DNA of 64,000 bases from NCBI RefSeq assembly GCF_028368995.1, contig NZ_JAQNDL010000001.1:2848001-2912000 (forward strand), given 5' to 3'. The position numbers and the translations under genes were made by a program. Of this stretch, positions 29,776 through 39,375 are shown one piece after another. The stretch is from Nannocystis bainbridge. GTDB lineage: Bacteria; Myxococcota_A; Polyangia; Nannocystales; Nannocystaceae. The notes under the pieces are model-generated. The model had not been told where the DNA came from and did no database searches. It saw nothing but the letters and a program-made list of their open reading frames with translations. Each line of letters begins with the position of its first letter. Position 1 is the stretch's first letter.

Positions 29776-30590
29776 ACGGGTCGCCCGAGCCGGGCCCGCA
29801 GCGCCGGCTCCTGCATGACCACGTGGCTCGCGCCCATGGTTGCGAACACTCGCTCCCCGGCGCGCACGCGGTCCGACAGCAGCTCGACCACCCAGGCGTC
29901 GCGGGCCTCGCTGGTGTGCCGGCTCGCCGCGTTGGTGAACGCCGGCGTCCGCTCGAACACGGGGTCGAACCATTCGCTCGGCACCTCGTTCCAGCTGCGA
30001 AGCGGCGGCAACAGCCGCTCGCCCGCCGCGGCCAGCGCCGCCGGGTCCGCCGGGTCCGTGATGCCGGTGGTTTCATGAAAGTGCTGAAGCACCTCGGCGA
30101 GCCGCGCCTCGTCCATCGCCGCGCCGGCGCGCGCGCGGTGCTGCGGCACCTGGCGCAGCGCGAAGAACACCAGGATCTGCTCGTCGGTGAAACCGGCCCG
30201 CCGCAGCGCCTGCACCTGCGCGGGCATCGACGGCTCGATGCTCGCGGCCGGCACCCCGTCACGCGCCGCCAGGAATCGCACGACTCCGGACTCGCCGAAT
30301 CCCCCCGCCGCTGCCGTCATCGAGGCCAGCACCGGCGGGTCGCCGCCCTCGTTGAACGCCCGCGTCGGCCCGAACTCGGCCCACAGGTGCCCGATCTGCG
30401 CGACCTGCCGATCGTCCTGGCTATAAATGTGCGCCGCGCCGAAGAACAGCAATCCGCCCCGGCCCCGGGTGAATCGCAGCACGTAGGGCGCCTCGTGCTC
30501 GACCTCCGCGTACTGCGAGTGCGAGAGGATCTGCCCGCGCCGGCAAGCGGCGAGGCCGGCGAGGAGCAGCAGGGCGCGACGGGAGAGCAT
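29763..30590 (-). CDS. Hypothetical exported/lipoprotein
   Basis: MLSRRALLLLAGLAAC; motifs FFGAAH, NEGG, RD, MGASH. Confidence 0.7.
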   Translation of the reverse strand: MLSRRALLLLAGLAACRRGQILSHSQYAEVEHEAPYVLRFTRGRGGLLFFGAAHIYSQDDRQVAQIGHLWAEFGPTRAFNEGGDPPVLASMTAAAGGFGESGVVRFLAARDGVPAASIEPSMPAQVQALRRAGFTDEQILVFFALRQVPQHRARAGAAMDEARLAEVLQHFHETTGITDPADPAALAAAGERLLPPLRSWNEVPSEWFDPVFERTPAFTNAASRHTSEARDAWVVELLSDRVRAGERVFATMGASHVVMQEPALRARLGRPVKMT

Positions 30591-30774
30591 GCGCGATCCT
30601 AGCAATCGCCGTGCCGAGGAATTGCCAGGACCTCCGACGCGCGGCGCTCGTCGTCCCTGACGAAATGCCCGCGGCCGCCCGCGGGCCATGCCCTCTCGAC
30701 AATCGCCGCTCCCATCCCCGACGATCGAAGCGTCGGTCGGCGACGGCGCCGCGAGGACGCCGTCGCCGAGCCGC

Positions 30775-31845
30775 CTATTTGAACTTCTGCGACGTCTTCG
30801 CCTGCTCGAGCGCGATCTCCTTGACCGCCGCGAACGACGTCGAGTTGGAGGCGCCGTCGATCGCCTTGATCGCCAGGTCTTGCGCCTGCTTGAGCGCGGT
30901 CGCCAGCTGCTTCGAGAGCTCGAGGATCTGCTCGTCCTGCTTCTTGCTGGCCGCCTCGAGCTCGCCGATCTTCAGCTCCTGGACCTTCTTGCGGCCCTCG
31001 AAGTCCTTCTGGGCCAGGTCCGAGGCGATCTTCGACTGCCGGCGCGCGATCGCCATGCCCTCGGCCTCGGCCTTGTTGGTGGCCGCCTCGAGCTCCTTCG
31101 GATAGGCCACCGCCTTCGCCTTGAGCTCCGCGTACTCCTGCTCGCGGATCGCGATCGCCTGCTCGCGCTCGTTCCACTGGTTCGTCTTGACCTCCTGCAG
31201 CCCGTCGAGCTCGGCCTGCAGGCGCTTCTTCTCCTGCGTCAGCGCGTCGGCGTCGGCCGTGCGCCCGCGCGTCGTCGCGTAGCCGTACTCCTCGGCCTCG
31301 CGCGTGCGCGCCAGCTTGCCGGCCGCGTCGGCCTCGGCGACCGAGCGCGTGCGCTCGTCCTGCTGCTTGCGCCAGCCGGTCTTGCGCGCCTCGAGCTCCT
31401 CCTCGACCTTGCGCTTGCGGGCCGCGAACGCCTCGTCCGCGCTGCGCTGGGTGTCGAGGTAGCGGCGGACCAGCTCGCGCGTGGTGTCGTCGCCGACCTC
31501 GATCGCGTGCAGCGCCTTGAGGTGCTCGGTGTAGCCGGTGATGTCCGCGCGCAGCCCCTCGAGGCGGCCCGACTCGCGGAGGAGGTGTTGCTGCAGCGTC
31601 GACGAGGCGTCGCCGAAGCGGGTGCGGATGCTGTCGAGGTCGCGGGTCAGGTCGTCGAAATTCACGGCGGTGCTCTCCTGGGCGGCGGCGGGGGCGGACG
31701 GTGCGGACGGGGCGGCCTCGGGGGCCGGAGCGCGGCCCGGCTTGCCGGCCGCGCTGCGCTCCTTCAGCTCCTTCAGCTCCTGGGCCAGCTCGCCATAGCC
31801 CTCGAGGATCTCCTGCTTCGTGCTCTTGCTGGTGAACGTCTTCAT
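30775..31845 (-). CDS. Long coiled-coil protein (second of a paralogous pair)
   Basis: KSTKQEILEGY N-terminus, heptad-rich body, QAQDLAIKAIDGAS C-terminus. Confidence 0.85.
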   Translation of the reverse strand: MKTFTSKSTKQEILEGYGELAQELKELKERSAAGKPGRAPAPEAAPSAPSAPAAAQESTAVNFDDLTRDLDSIRTRFGDASSTLQQHLLRESGRLEGLRADITGYTEHLKALHAIEVGDDTTRELVRRYLDTQRSADEAFAARKRKVEEELEARKTGWRKQQDERTRSVAEADAAGKLARTREAEEYGYATTRGRTADADALTQEKKRLQAELDGLQEVKTNQWNEREQAIAIREQEYAELKAKAVAYPKELEAATNKAEAEGMAIARRQSKIASDLAQKDFEGRKKVQELKIGELEAASKKQDEQILELSKQLATALKQAQDLAIKAIDGASNSTSFAAVKEIALEQAKTSQKFK

Positions 31846-31855
31846 GGCGCGCGCC

Positions 31856-32842
31856 TCACTTCCTGGCCGAGGTGCCCTCGATGGCCTTCTGCGCCAGGCC
31901 CTGGGTCTGAGCCAGCGCGGCCGTCAGCTGCGCGTTGAGTTCGGCGAGCTGGGTCCGCCCCTTGTCGATGCGGTCCTCGAGCGCCTTGATCTTCAGCTCG
32001 CCCACCTCGATGTTGGCCGCGCTCTCGCGCGACGACAGCTCGGCGTCGACCTTGGCGTCGGCGCTGATCCTGACGATCACCTTCTCGCGCACCGACTTGC
32101 CGGCGTCCTCGATCTCCTTGAGGTAGCCGGCCGTCTTGCCGCGCAGCGCCTCGATCTCGGCCGTCGCGGCCGCCAGCAGCTTCTCGCGCGCCTCCCAGTT
32201 CTTGTCGCGCTGCGCCTGCGACTCTGCCAGTTGCCGCTCGAGCAGGCGCCGCTGCTCCGCGAACTGATCGGCCACCAACCGGCGCTGGCGCTCGATCTCG
32301 TAGGCGTACTTCTCCTCGTCCGCCGTGCGCTCCTTGGCCCGGGCCGCGTCCGTCTCGGCCTGCGCCGTCGTCTTCTCCGCGTCCTCCTTGGCCCACGCTT
32401 CGAGCTGCCGGACGATCTTCTCGTCGAGCTCGCGGACCTCGGCGGCGAACTTGTCCTCCAGCGTCTGCAGCCGCTTGGCGTCGTCCTGATGCAGGATCTC
32501 GAGCGCCTCGGCCGCGATCCGCACGTGCTTCAGGTCCTCGACCCGCGCCGCCTCGGCCGCGATCGCCTTGCGCAGCTCGTCGAGCTTGGTCGCCTCCGAC
32601 GCCAAGCGATCGGCCAGCGCCTCGACCGCGGCGCCGAAGCTGACCTGCAGCTCCGCGAGCCCCTTGATGATGGTCTCGCTGGTGTACTGCGCGGCGCGCT
32701 CGACCGCCTCGCGCAGCTTGGCCCGCTCGGCCGCCTCGGCCTTGGTGGCCGGCTGTGCGGCCTGCTGCGCGTGTTTCTGCAGCAGCGGCGAGAAGCTCTT
32801 CAATACTTCGTCTCGGGACTTCGGGGCGATCACACTCGACAC
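31856..32842 (-). CDS. Long coiled-coil protein (first of a paralogous pair)
   Basis: Heptad-rich; shares EEKYAYE/EEYGYA and QTQGLAQKAIEGTS/QAQDLAIKAIDGAS with its neighbour. Confidence 0.85.
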   Translation of the reverse strand: MSSVIAPKSRDEVLKSFSPLLQKHAQQAAQPATKAEAAERAKLREAVERAAQYTSETIIKGLAELQVSFGAAVEALADRLASEATKLDELRKAIAAEAARVEDLKHVRIAAEALEILHQDDAKRLQTLEDKFAAEVRELDEKIVRQLEAWAKEDAEKTTAQAETDAARAKERTADEEKYAYEIERQRRLVADQFAEQRRLLERQLAESQAQRDKNWEAREKLLAAATAEIEALRGKTAGYLKEIEDAGKSVREKVIVRISADAKVDAELSSRESAANIEVGELKIKALEDRIDKGRTQLAELNAQLTAALAQTQGLAQKAIEGTSARK

Positions 32843-33095
32843 TTTCGACTCCTAGGCTGCGCACCCAGCAGGGCGGCGATGCGAGAACCTACCAGAGCCG
32901 CATCGCCTGGCGGAGATCACGCGGGGCGCAGAGTCGTGAACCGTCGCGTCGCCGATGCATCGTGCGCGCCGTCGCTCCACGCTCGCGCGGTTCTGCGCCA
33001 GTACAGCGTTATCCCGGGACGGCGCCGCCTCTGAACCTCCGAGCTTCTCGCCCCGGCCGGGTCCGGGCTACGCTGGGCATCCTTCGGCGCGCTCA

Positions 33096-33133
33096 TCATC
33101 TGTCCCTCAAAACATGTCCTCATGAACATGTCC
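33096..33133. repeat. 14-bp-period decamer array (3 units) overlapping a gene start
   Basis: tcatctgtcc-ctca-aaacatgtcc-tcat-gaacatgtcc. Confidence 0.8.
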
Positions 33134-34015
33134 TCCGAGACAATTCACCTCCATCACGCGCGAGACCTCGAGCTGTCGGCCGCCAGCGGCCTGGTGCGCC
33201 GTGATGGTTGGTCGTTCGTGGTCGCCGACGACGAGCTCGAGCTGCACGCCTACCCGGACGACGGCCCCGCGCGCCGCTACCCGCTGCGTCCTGGCGCCCT
33301 GCCGACCGAGCCGGAGGCGCGCAAGCGGGCCAAGCCCGACTTCGAGGCCCTGTGCCCGTGGGACGGCGGCGCCCTGCTCGCGCTCGGCTCCGGCTCGCGG
33401 CCGAACCGTCACGCCGGCGTCCTCGTCCATGTCGCGAAGGACATGTCCTCTGCGACATGCCACGAATTCTCGCTCGCCCCGCTGCACGCCGCGCTCGCCG
33501 GCCTCGTGCCCGAGCTCAACCTCGAGGGCGCCGCGCTGTGGGGCGACCACCTGGTGCTGCTGCAGCGCGGCAACGGGGCCGGCAACCGCAGCGCCCTGAT
33601 CCGCCTCGACCGCGACGGCGTGGCCGCGGCCGTGGCCGCGCGCGCCGCGTGGCAGGCCGACCTGATCCGCGACCTCGCCTTCCTCGACCTCGGCGACCGC
33701 GAAGGCGTGCCCTACAGCGTCACCGACGCCGCCGCCTTGCCCGACGGCGGGCTCTTGCTCACCGCCGCCGCCGAGGACACGCGCGACACCTACGCCGACG
33801 GCGCTTGCCTCGGCTCGGCGCTGATCCGCCTCGACGCGCCGCACACCGTCCGCTGGCGGCGCGCGCTGCCGGGCCGGCTCAAGTTCGAGGGCGTATGGGC
33901 CGAGCCGGACGGCGACCTCGTCCGCGTCCACCTCGTCGCCGATGCCGATGACCGATCCGTGCGCGCCCCGCTCTGCGTCACCGTCCTCGATCCGCGCACC
34001 GGCCTCGCGCGCTGA
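33122..34015 (+). CDS. DUF6929-like protein
   Basis: LSAASGLV, KPDFEAL, LGSGS..R, LNLEGA, LQRGN, AAAEDT.DTY.DG, KFEG. Confidence 0.75.
   Translation: MNMSSETIHLHHARDLELSAASGLVRRDGWSFVVADDELELHAYPDDGPARRYPLRPGALPTEPEARKRAKPDFEALCPWDGGALLALGSGSRPNRHAGVLVHVAKDMSSATCHEFSLAPLHAALAGLVPELNLEGAALWGDHLVLLQRGNGAGNRSALIRLDRDGVAAAVAARAAWQADLIRDLAFLDLGDREGVPYSVTDAAALPDGGLLLTAAAEDTRDTYADGACLGSALIRLDAPHTVRWRRALPGRLKFEGVWAEPDGDLVRVHLVADADDRSVRAPLCVTVLDPRTGLAR
33425..33462. repeat. 14-bp-period decamer array (3 units) inside a CDS
   Basis: gtccatgtcg-cgaa-ggacatgtcc-tctg-cgacatgcca. Confidence 0.8.
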
Positions 34016-34141
34016 GCGAGCGACGTCTCGCGCACGGCCGCGACCGGCGTGAGCCGCTCTGCGTCGCCGTCCTCGATCCGCGCACCGGCCTCGCGCGCTG
34101 AGCGAGCGACGTCTCGCGCACGGCCGCGACCGGCGTGAGCC
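33968..34141. repeat. 86-bp direct tandem duplication spanning a gene 3' end
   Basis: Copies start at 33968 and 34054, with one mismatch (tcaccgt / tcgccgt). Confidence 0.92.
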
Positions 34142-34264
34142 TCTCTCTCGCGCCGGCCGCCTGTGATTCTTCGTTCGCCTGCGGCGCCGCCGCGGCAGCG
34201 ACCCGCGTCGCTCGCCGCTCTCTTGCCAAGCCATGCTGCCCCTGTCAGGCTCGCCCCGGCCGCC

Positions 34265-34942
34265 ATGTCCGACGCCCTCCTCTCCTCTTGCGGCGCCGTC
34301 GTCCTCGCGGGCGGACGCTCCTCGCGCATGGGCGCGCCCAAGGCCCTGTTGCCGTGGCGCGGGCAGCCGCTGCTGGGCCACGTCGTCGAGGTCCTGCGCG
34401 AGGTGTGCGACCGACCGATCGTCGTCGTCGCCCAGAACGGTCAGCCGCTGCCGCCGCTCCCGTCCGACGTCGTGCTCGCCTACGACCCGCCCGAGTTCGA
34501 CCACGGCGGCCCGCTCGTCGGGCTGTTCGCCGGCCTCGGCGTGCTGCTCGCCCACCGCGTCGAGTTCGCCTACCTCGGCGCGTGCGACAGCCCGTTTCTC
34601 AGCGCCGATTACGTGCGCCTGCTGGTGCGCCGGCTCGTCGACGAACCTGGCCTCGGGGGCATCTTGCCGTTCGACGCCCCCGCCTCGGGCGACCCCGCCG
34701 ACCGTCACTTCCCGCACCCGCTCGCCAGCGCCGTGCGCGTCGCCGCCGCTCACGCCGCCGCCGCCGAGGTGTTGGCCAAGCACGGCAGCCGCCCGCTCTT
34801 CATGTTCGACCGCCTCGGCGCTCGCTGGCTCGACGCCGCCGAGCTGCCCGACCGCCGCGTCCTCCGCACCTGCAACACCCCGCAGGAGTACGACGAGGCG
34901 CTCGCGCTCGACCGTCAGGACCGCGGCAGCGACGGACCATGA
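34265..34942 (+). CDS. mobA: Molybdenum cofactor guanylyltransferase
   Basis: VVLAGGRSSRMGAPKALL, GPLVGL, ACDSPF, HPL, NTPQEY. Confidence 0.88.
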   Translation: MSDALLSSCGAVVLAGGRSSRMGAPKALLPWRGQPLLGHVVEVLREVCDRPIVVVAQNGQPLPPLPSDVVLAYDPPEFDHGGPLVGLFAGLGVLLAHRVEFAYLGACDSPFLSADYVRLLVRRLVDEPGLGGILPFDAPASGDPADRHFPHPLASAVRVAAAHAAAAEVLAKHGSRPLFMFDRLGARWLDAAELPDRRVLRTCNTPQEYDEALALDRQDRGSDGP

Positions 34943-35133
34943 TCGGCGCCGGTCGGCGCCTTCGGCCGACCGACACGGCCGCGACCGATCGGTGCCATCG
35001 GCCCGCGAACACGGTCGCGAGGTCTTCGGCCTCCTGTCCCTTGCGCCAGGTCCTCCTCGCATTCGCGCGCGGGTGAGTCACGCCACGCCTCTGCGCCCGC
35101 CGCTCGCGCCGTTCGCGTGGTAACGTCGCGCCG

Positions 35134-35766
35134 GTGAACGACCCCGTGTCCGTGCCCGCGCCCGCGCCCGTCGCCTCGCGCAACCCGCTCCGGCGCATCT
35201 ATCAATGGGTGCTGAGCTGGGCCGACACCCCGTACGCCGTCCCGGCGCTGGTGGCGATCGCGTTCGTCGAGTCGAGCGTGTTCCCGATCCCGCCCGACGT
35301 GCTGCTGATCGCGCTGGCGCTGTCGGTGCCGACGCGGGCGTTCCGGTTCGCGCTGTGGTGCACCCTCGGCTCGGTGCTCGGCGGCCTGTTCGGCTACCTG
35401 ATCGGCTACGCGCTGTGGTCGACCTTCGAGCCGTACATCGTCGGCCCGGTGTTCTCGCGCGAGAGCTTCGAGCTCGTCACCGGCTCGTACCAGGAGCACG
35501 GCGAGCTCGCCGTCTTCATCGCCGCCTTCACGCCGATCCCCTACAAGGTCTTCACCGTGGCCGCCGGCGTCGCCCAGCTCAACATCGTCGGCTTCGCCCT
35601 CGCCAGCATCCTCGGCCGCGGCGGCCGCTTCTTCCTCGTCGCCGCCGTCATCAAGCTGGCCGGCCCGCGCGCCAAGCAGCTGATCGACAAGTACTTCGAC
35701 GTCGTCACCATCGTCACCGGCCTCCTGCTGGTCCTCGGCGTCGTGCTCTACCAGCTGCTGCGCTAG
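35134..35766 (+). CDS. YqaA/DedA-family membrane protein
   Basis: FVESSVFPIPPDVLL, GSVLGG..GY.IG, FTPIPYKVFTVAAG, GRGGRFF. Confidence 0.92.
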   Translation: MNDPVSVPAPAPVASRNPLRRIYQWVLSWADTPYAVPALVAIAFVESSVFPIPPDVLLIALALSVPTRAFRFALWCTLGSVLGGLFGYLIGYALWSTFEPYIVGPVFSRESFELVTGSYQEHGELAVFIAAFTPIPYKVFTVAAGVAQLNIVGFALASILGRGGRFFLVAAVIKLAGPRAKQLIDKYFDVVTIVTGLLLVLGVVLYQLLR

Positions 35767-35791
35767 CGCCTCGGCCGTCGGCTGCGCGAAC

Positions 35792-35843
35792 GGACATGTC
35801 CGTTCGCGCATGCCCTCGAGGACATGTTCGATCGGACATGCCC
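35792..35843. repeat. 14-bp-period decamer array (4 units)
   Basis: ggacatgtcc-gttc-gcgcatgccc-tcga-ggacatgttc-gatc-ggacatgccc. Confidence 0.9.
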
Positions 35844-35920
35844 CTGAGGCCAGTGTCATTGGTTCGGGGCGGGCCCGATCTTGACGCTCGCCGCGCCACC
35901 GGGCACCTCTCGAGGTGAGC

Positions 35921-37089
35921 ATGACGGACCCCGCCTTCGTGAGCTGCCCGGGCCTGACCGACGACGAGCTGCGCGAGGTGTTGCGCGAGCTGAAGGCCGC
36001 GCGCAGGGAGCGGTCGCGGATCCACCGCGCCCTGGCGGTGTTCCGATACCACGCCGACTGGCACCAGGTGATGTGGCACATCGCTCGCCACCGCCTGACC
36101 CGCGTCGAGGATCACGAGCCCTTGCTGTCCGTGCTCGCCGAGACTGCCGCGCTCGATCCGTCCTCGTCCCCCGACCTCGCCCAGATCGCCGCCGACCTGC
36201 TCACCCGCCTGCCCGACGAGCGCGACCACGGCCTGCCCTCCGGCTGGAACCCGCACTTCGACGACCTCGTGTTCGCGCTGTTCCGCCACGATCGCGCCCC
36301 CTTCCTGGCCGTGCGCCCGGGCCTGCCACCGCGCCTGCGCTGCGCCCTCGACTTCGTGCGCGGCCGCCTCGGTGAGCGGCTCGACGAGGACGAGCGCGCC
36401 GACGTCCTGGCGATGCTGCTCGCCCACGCTGGCAGCGTCGGCCTCACCGGCCCCCATGCCCTGCAGCTCCTCGACGACGACGGCGAGTGGCAGGAGCTCA
36501 TGCTCGCGACGGCCGACGAGGTCCGTTCCGTCGCCCTGCGGTTCGGCAGCGGCGAGGCCTGGGACGACGGGCTCGACGCCGAGGTCCGCAAGAACCGCTG
36601 GACCCGTTTCGACGACGTCTTGCCGGCGCTGGTCCGCCTGCCGCTCGCCGAGTTGCTGGCGCTGCTCCTGCCGCATCGCCTGTCCGCGGGCATCGTGCAC
36701 ACCCTCTTCGCCGATCGGTCCGAAGACGACGAGACCCTGCGCGCCGCCGCCCTGACGCTCCCGGACGATGCCGATGGCGTCCGGCTGCGCCACGGCATCG
36801 CCGAGACGCTGAAGGCCCGGGCGGCATCGCCGGTCGAGCAGTGCGCGGTACAGCTGACGCGCGTCGGCCCCGAGCGGATGCGCCTGATCAAGCTGCTCGC
36901 CACCCGCACCCCGCTCGGCGTGCAGGGGCTCGCGCTGCCCTCGAAAGCCTGCCCGCCGAGGTCTCGCCCGGCATGCCGGCCGACGCGGCGAGGCAGCTCG
37001 CTACCGACGTGCAGGCCCTGGGCGGCGAGCTCGTGCTCTCGAGGTTCCGCATCACCCCCGGCCACGTCGTCCGCGATCTGCTCCCGTGA
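35921..37089 (+). pseudogene. Hypothetical protein with a C-terminal ribosomal L7/L12-CTD-like domain, split by a frameshift near 36925
   Basis: One frame gives VQLTRVGPERMRLIKLLATRTPLGVQG; the -1 frame continues ARAALESLPAEVSPGMPADAARQLATDVQALGGELVL. Confidence 0.6.
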
Positions 37090-37204
37090 TGGCAGCCAGC
37101 CAACGGCAGGTCGTGACGGCGCGGCACACCGACCTCGCCCAGATCACGCCTGCGCGGCGAAACTCGAGCCGCGCGGCCCGAACCGGGCTACACAGCGAGC
37201 AGCC

Positions 37205-37870
37205 ATGAACGCAACCTCCCGCACGGCCCTCCTCGTCGGCGCCACCGGCCTCGTCGGTCGCGAGCTCCTCCGCCAGCTGCTCGCCGACCCGCGCTACACG
37301 GCCGTCACCGTCCTGGCCCGCCGCTCGGCCGGTGTGCAGCACGACAAGCTCACCGAGCACCTCGTCAATTTCGATCGCCCCGACGACTGGCGCGCCCTGG
37401 CCACGGGTGACCACCTCTTTAGCGCCCTCGGCACCACGCTCAAGGTCGCCGGCTCGCGCGAGGCCCAGTACAGGGTCGACTACACCTACCAGCACGAGAC
37501 GGCGCGCGCGGCCCGGCAAAACGGCGCCGAGGTCTACGTCCTGGTGTCGAGCACCGGCGCCTCGGCGAAGTCGCCGATCTTCTACTCGCGCATGAAGGGC
37601 GAGCTCGAGCGCGACACCGCGGCGCTCGAGTTCCCGCGCGCCCGCTTCCTCCAGCCCGGCCCGCTCGACGGCGATCGCCAGGAGCAGCGCGCCGGCGAAC
37701 GCTGGACACTGCGGATCCTTCGCCCGCTGGCGCCGATCCTGCCAGCCGCGGCCCGCCCGATCGACGCCGCGATCGTCGCCCGCGCCGGCATCACCGCCGC
37801 CTTCGACCCGACCCCAGGCCCGCTCCGCCTCGGCGCCGCCGACCTGTTCCGCCTCGGCTCCCCGGCATGA
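37205..37870 (+). CDS. NAD(P)-binding oxidoreductase (HTATIP2/YraR-like)
   Basis: ALLVGATGLVG, ALGTT..AGS..Q.RVDY, VSSTGA..S.IFYSRMKGELE. Confidence 0.9.
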   Translation: MNATSRTALLVGATGLVGRELLRQLLADPRYTAVTVLARRSAGVQHDKLTEHLVNFDRPDDWRALATGDHLFSALGTTLKVAGSREAQYRVDYTYQHETARAARQNGAEVYVLVSSTGASAKSPIFYSRMKGELERDTAALEFPRARFLQPGPLDGDRQEQRAGERWTLRILRPLAPILPAAARPIDAAIVARAGITAAFDPTPGPLRLGAADLFRLGSPA

Positions 37871-37874
37871 CGCC

Positions 37875-37925
37875 AACCATGCCCCGAGGACATGTCCTAA
37901 AAAACATGTCCTAATAGACATACTG
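37875..37925. repeat. Decamer array (4 units, one 13-bp step)
   Basis: aaccatgccc-cga-ggacatgtcc-taaa-aaacatgtcc-taat-agacatactg. Confidence 0.8.
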
Positions 37926-37984
37926 CTCTCAAGTCATTTTTGACGGTCCGATCGGGCATTCTTTTTTAAAAAAAGACCTGACGC

Positions 37985-39133
37985 TCACCGCCGCGAACCG
38001 GCGATGAACACCGCCTCTGGCTCCGCCAGCGTCCCCGGCGATACCCGCGGATCGGCCGCGAGGATTAAAAAGCTCGCCGCCCCGCCGACCGCCAGCACCC
38101 CCGGCCCGGGCATCTCCGCGCGATCGAGGCCCCAGAACTGCGCCGGCGTCGTCGTCATCGCCGCCACGATCGCCGGTCCGTCCAGGCCGGCCGCCATCAG
38201 CAGCGCGATCTCCTCGCTCGAGATCGCTGGCACCTGCGTGTTGCCGAGATCCGTCCCGTACAGCACCGTCGCCCCGGCCGCGCGCAGCCGCGCCAGATTC
38301 TCGCCGGCCGCCCCGCCGAACGCCGAGAGCGTCGAGATCACCGCGCGCCCGGCCCACGCCTCGACCGTGCGCGCCTGCAGCGGCTCGACCGGCGCGTGCG
38401 CCAGCAGATCGGCTCCCGCGTCCGCGGCCGCGCGCGCGTGCCGATCGAACAGCGCATGCGCGGCCACCTTCAGCCCGCGGGCGTGGGCTGCTTGCACGAT
38501 CGCCCGCAGCGTCGCTGGCGGCAGCGTCGGCCCGTCCGTCACCGGCACCTTGATCACCTTCGCCCCGGCGGCCGCCAGCGTCTCGACCGCCTGCGCCGCC
38601 GCCCTCGCGTCCTCGACCTCGAGCCCGAAGCCATCCTCGCCCCAGTCGCGGGTCGGGTAACCGGCGCGCGCCGTGATCATCGGCCCGCTCGCCAGCACCA
38701 CCAGCTCGGGCGGGGCCTCGCGCTCGCGCAGCGCCGTCAGCGGGGCCGCCAGGTCGACCACCGCCGCGACCCCGCCGTCGAGCAGGCGCCGTCCGCCGGG
38801 CAGGTAGCTCAGGTGCACGTGGCTGTCGATCGCCGCCGGCACGATCCACCGCCCCGCGCGCTGCAGCGCCGGCACCCCCGCGGCGACCTCCCCGATCGCC
38901 GCGATCCGGCCGTCCTTCACCTCGAGGTCCGCGACGCCGACGCCGACGATCTCCGCCCCGCGGATCACGAAGTGCCCCCCGCGCGGCTCCATCGGGGCCT
39001 GGGCGCTCGCCTGCGCCTCGCGCTGCACCACCTCGCCGGCCGGCCGCGCCGCCTCGGGCGCCCGCCCCGGCGCGCACGCCAGCGAGATGAGTCCGAAGAG
39101 ACATGTCCCGAAGGTCAGCCCGCGTCGCGCCAT
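37985..39133 (-). CDS. Amidohydrolase-family lipoprotein
   Basis: PAAIDSHVHL, AHARGLKVAAHA, LAH, YGTDLG; lipobox SLAC. Confidence 0.85.
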   Translation of the reverse strand: MARRGLTFGTCLFGLISLACAPGRAPEAARPAGEVVQREAQASAQAPMEPRGGHFVIRGAEIVGVGVADLEVKDGRIAAIGEVAAGVPALQRAGRWIVPAAIDSHVHLSYLPGGRRLLDGGVAAVVDLAAPLTALREREAPPELVVLASGPMITARAGYPTRDWGEDGFGLEVEDARAAAQAVETLAAAGAKVIKVPVTDGPTLPPATLRAIVQAAHARGLKVAAHALFDRHARAAADAGADLLAHAPVEPLQARTVEAWAGRAVISTLSAFGGAAGENLARLRAAGATVLYGTDLGNTQVPAISSEEIALLMAAGLDGPAIVAAMTTTPAQFWGLDRAEMPGPGVLAVGGAASFLILAADPRVSPGTLAEPEAVFIAGSRR

Positions 39134-39322
39134 CCGCTCGAACGTACGCGCCACAGGCTGAAGCAGATCGGTCGGCTTTCCGGTCGTCCCGGAGGACCCT
39201 CCCCGGGCATCGTTTCCGCCCGCGCGCCGCCTCTCCGCGGCGCCTCACGCCTCCCGGCTAGCGACGACCCCGTCATCGCCTGCCGTCCTGCGCCGGCGAC
39301 CCCGCCGTCACGCGACGTCGAG

Positions 39323-39374
39323 AGACGTGTCCTCAAGGGCATGCCTCTTCGAACATGCCCCTTCGGACCTGTCC
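39323..39374. repeat. 14-bp-period decamer array (4 units)
   Basis: agacgtgtcc-tcaa-gggcatgcct-cttc-gaacatgccc-cttc-ggacctgtcc, 1 bp from a minus-strand stop. Confidence 0.9.
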
Positions 39375-39375
39375 A

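Noticed and set aside
37955-37980. cttttttaaaaaaag palindrome as an intrinsic terminator
   Set aside because: It is an AT-only inverted run with no GC stem before the U tract, so no function can be supported.
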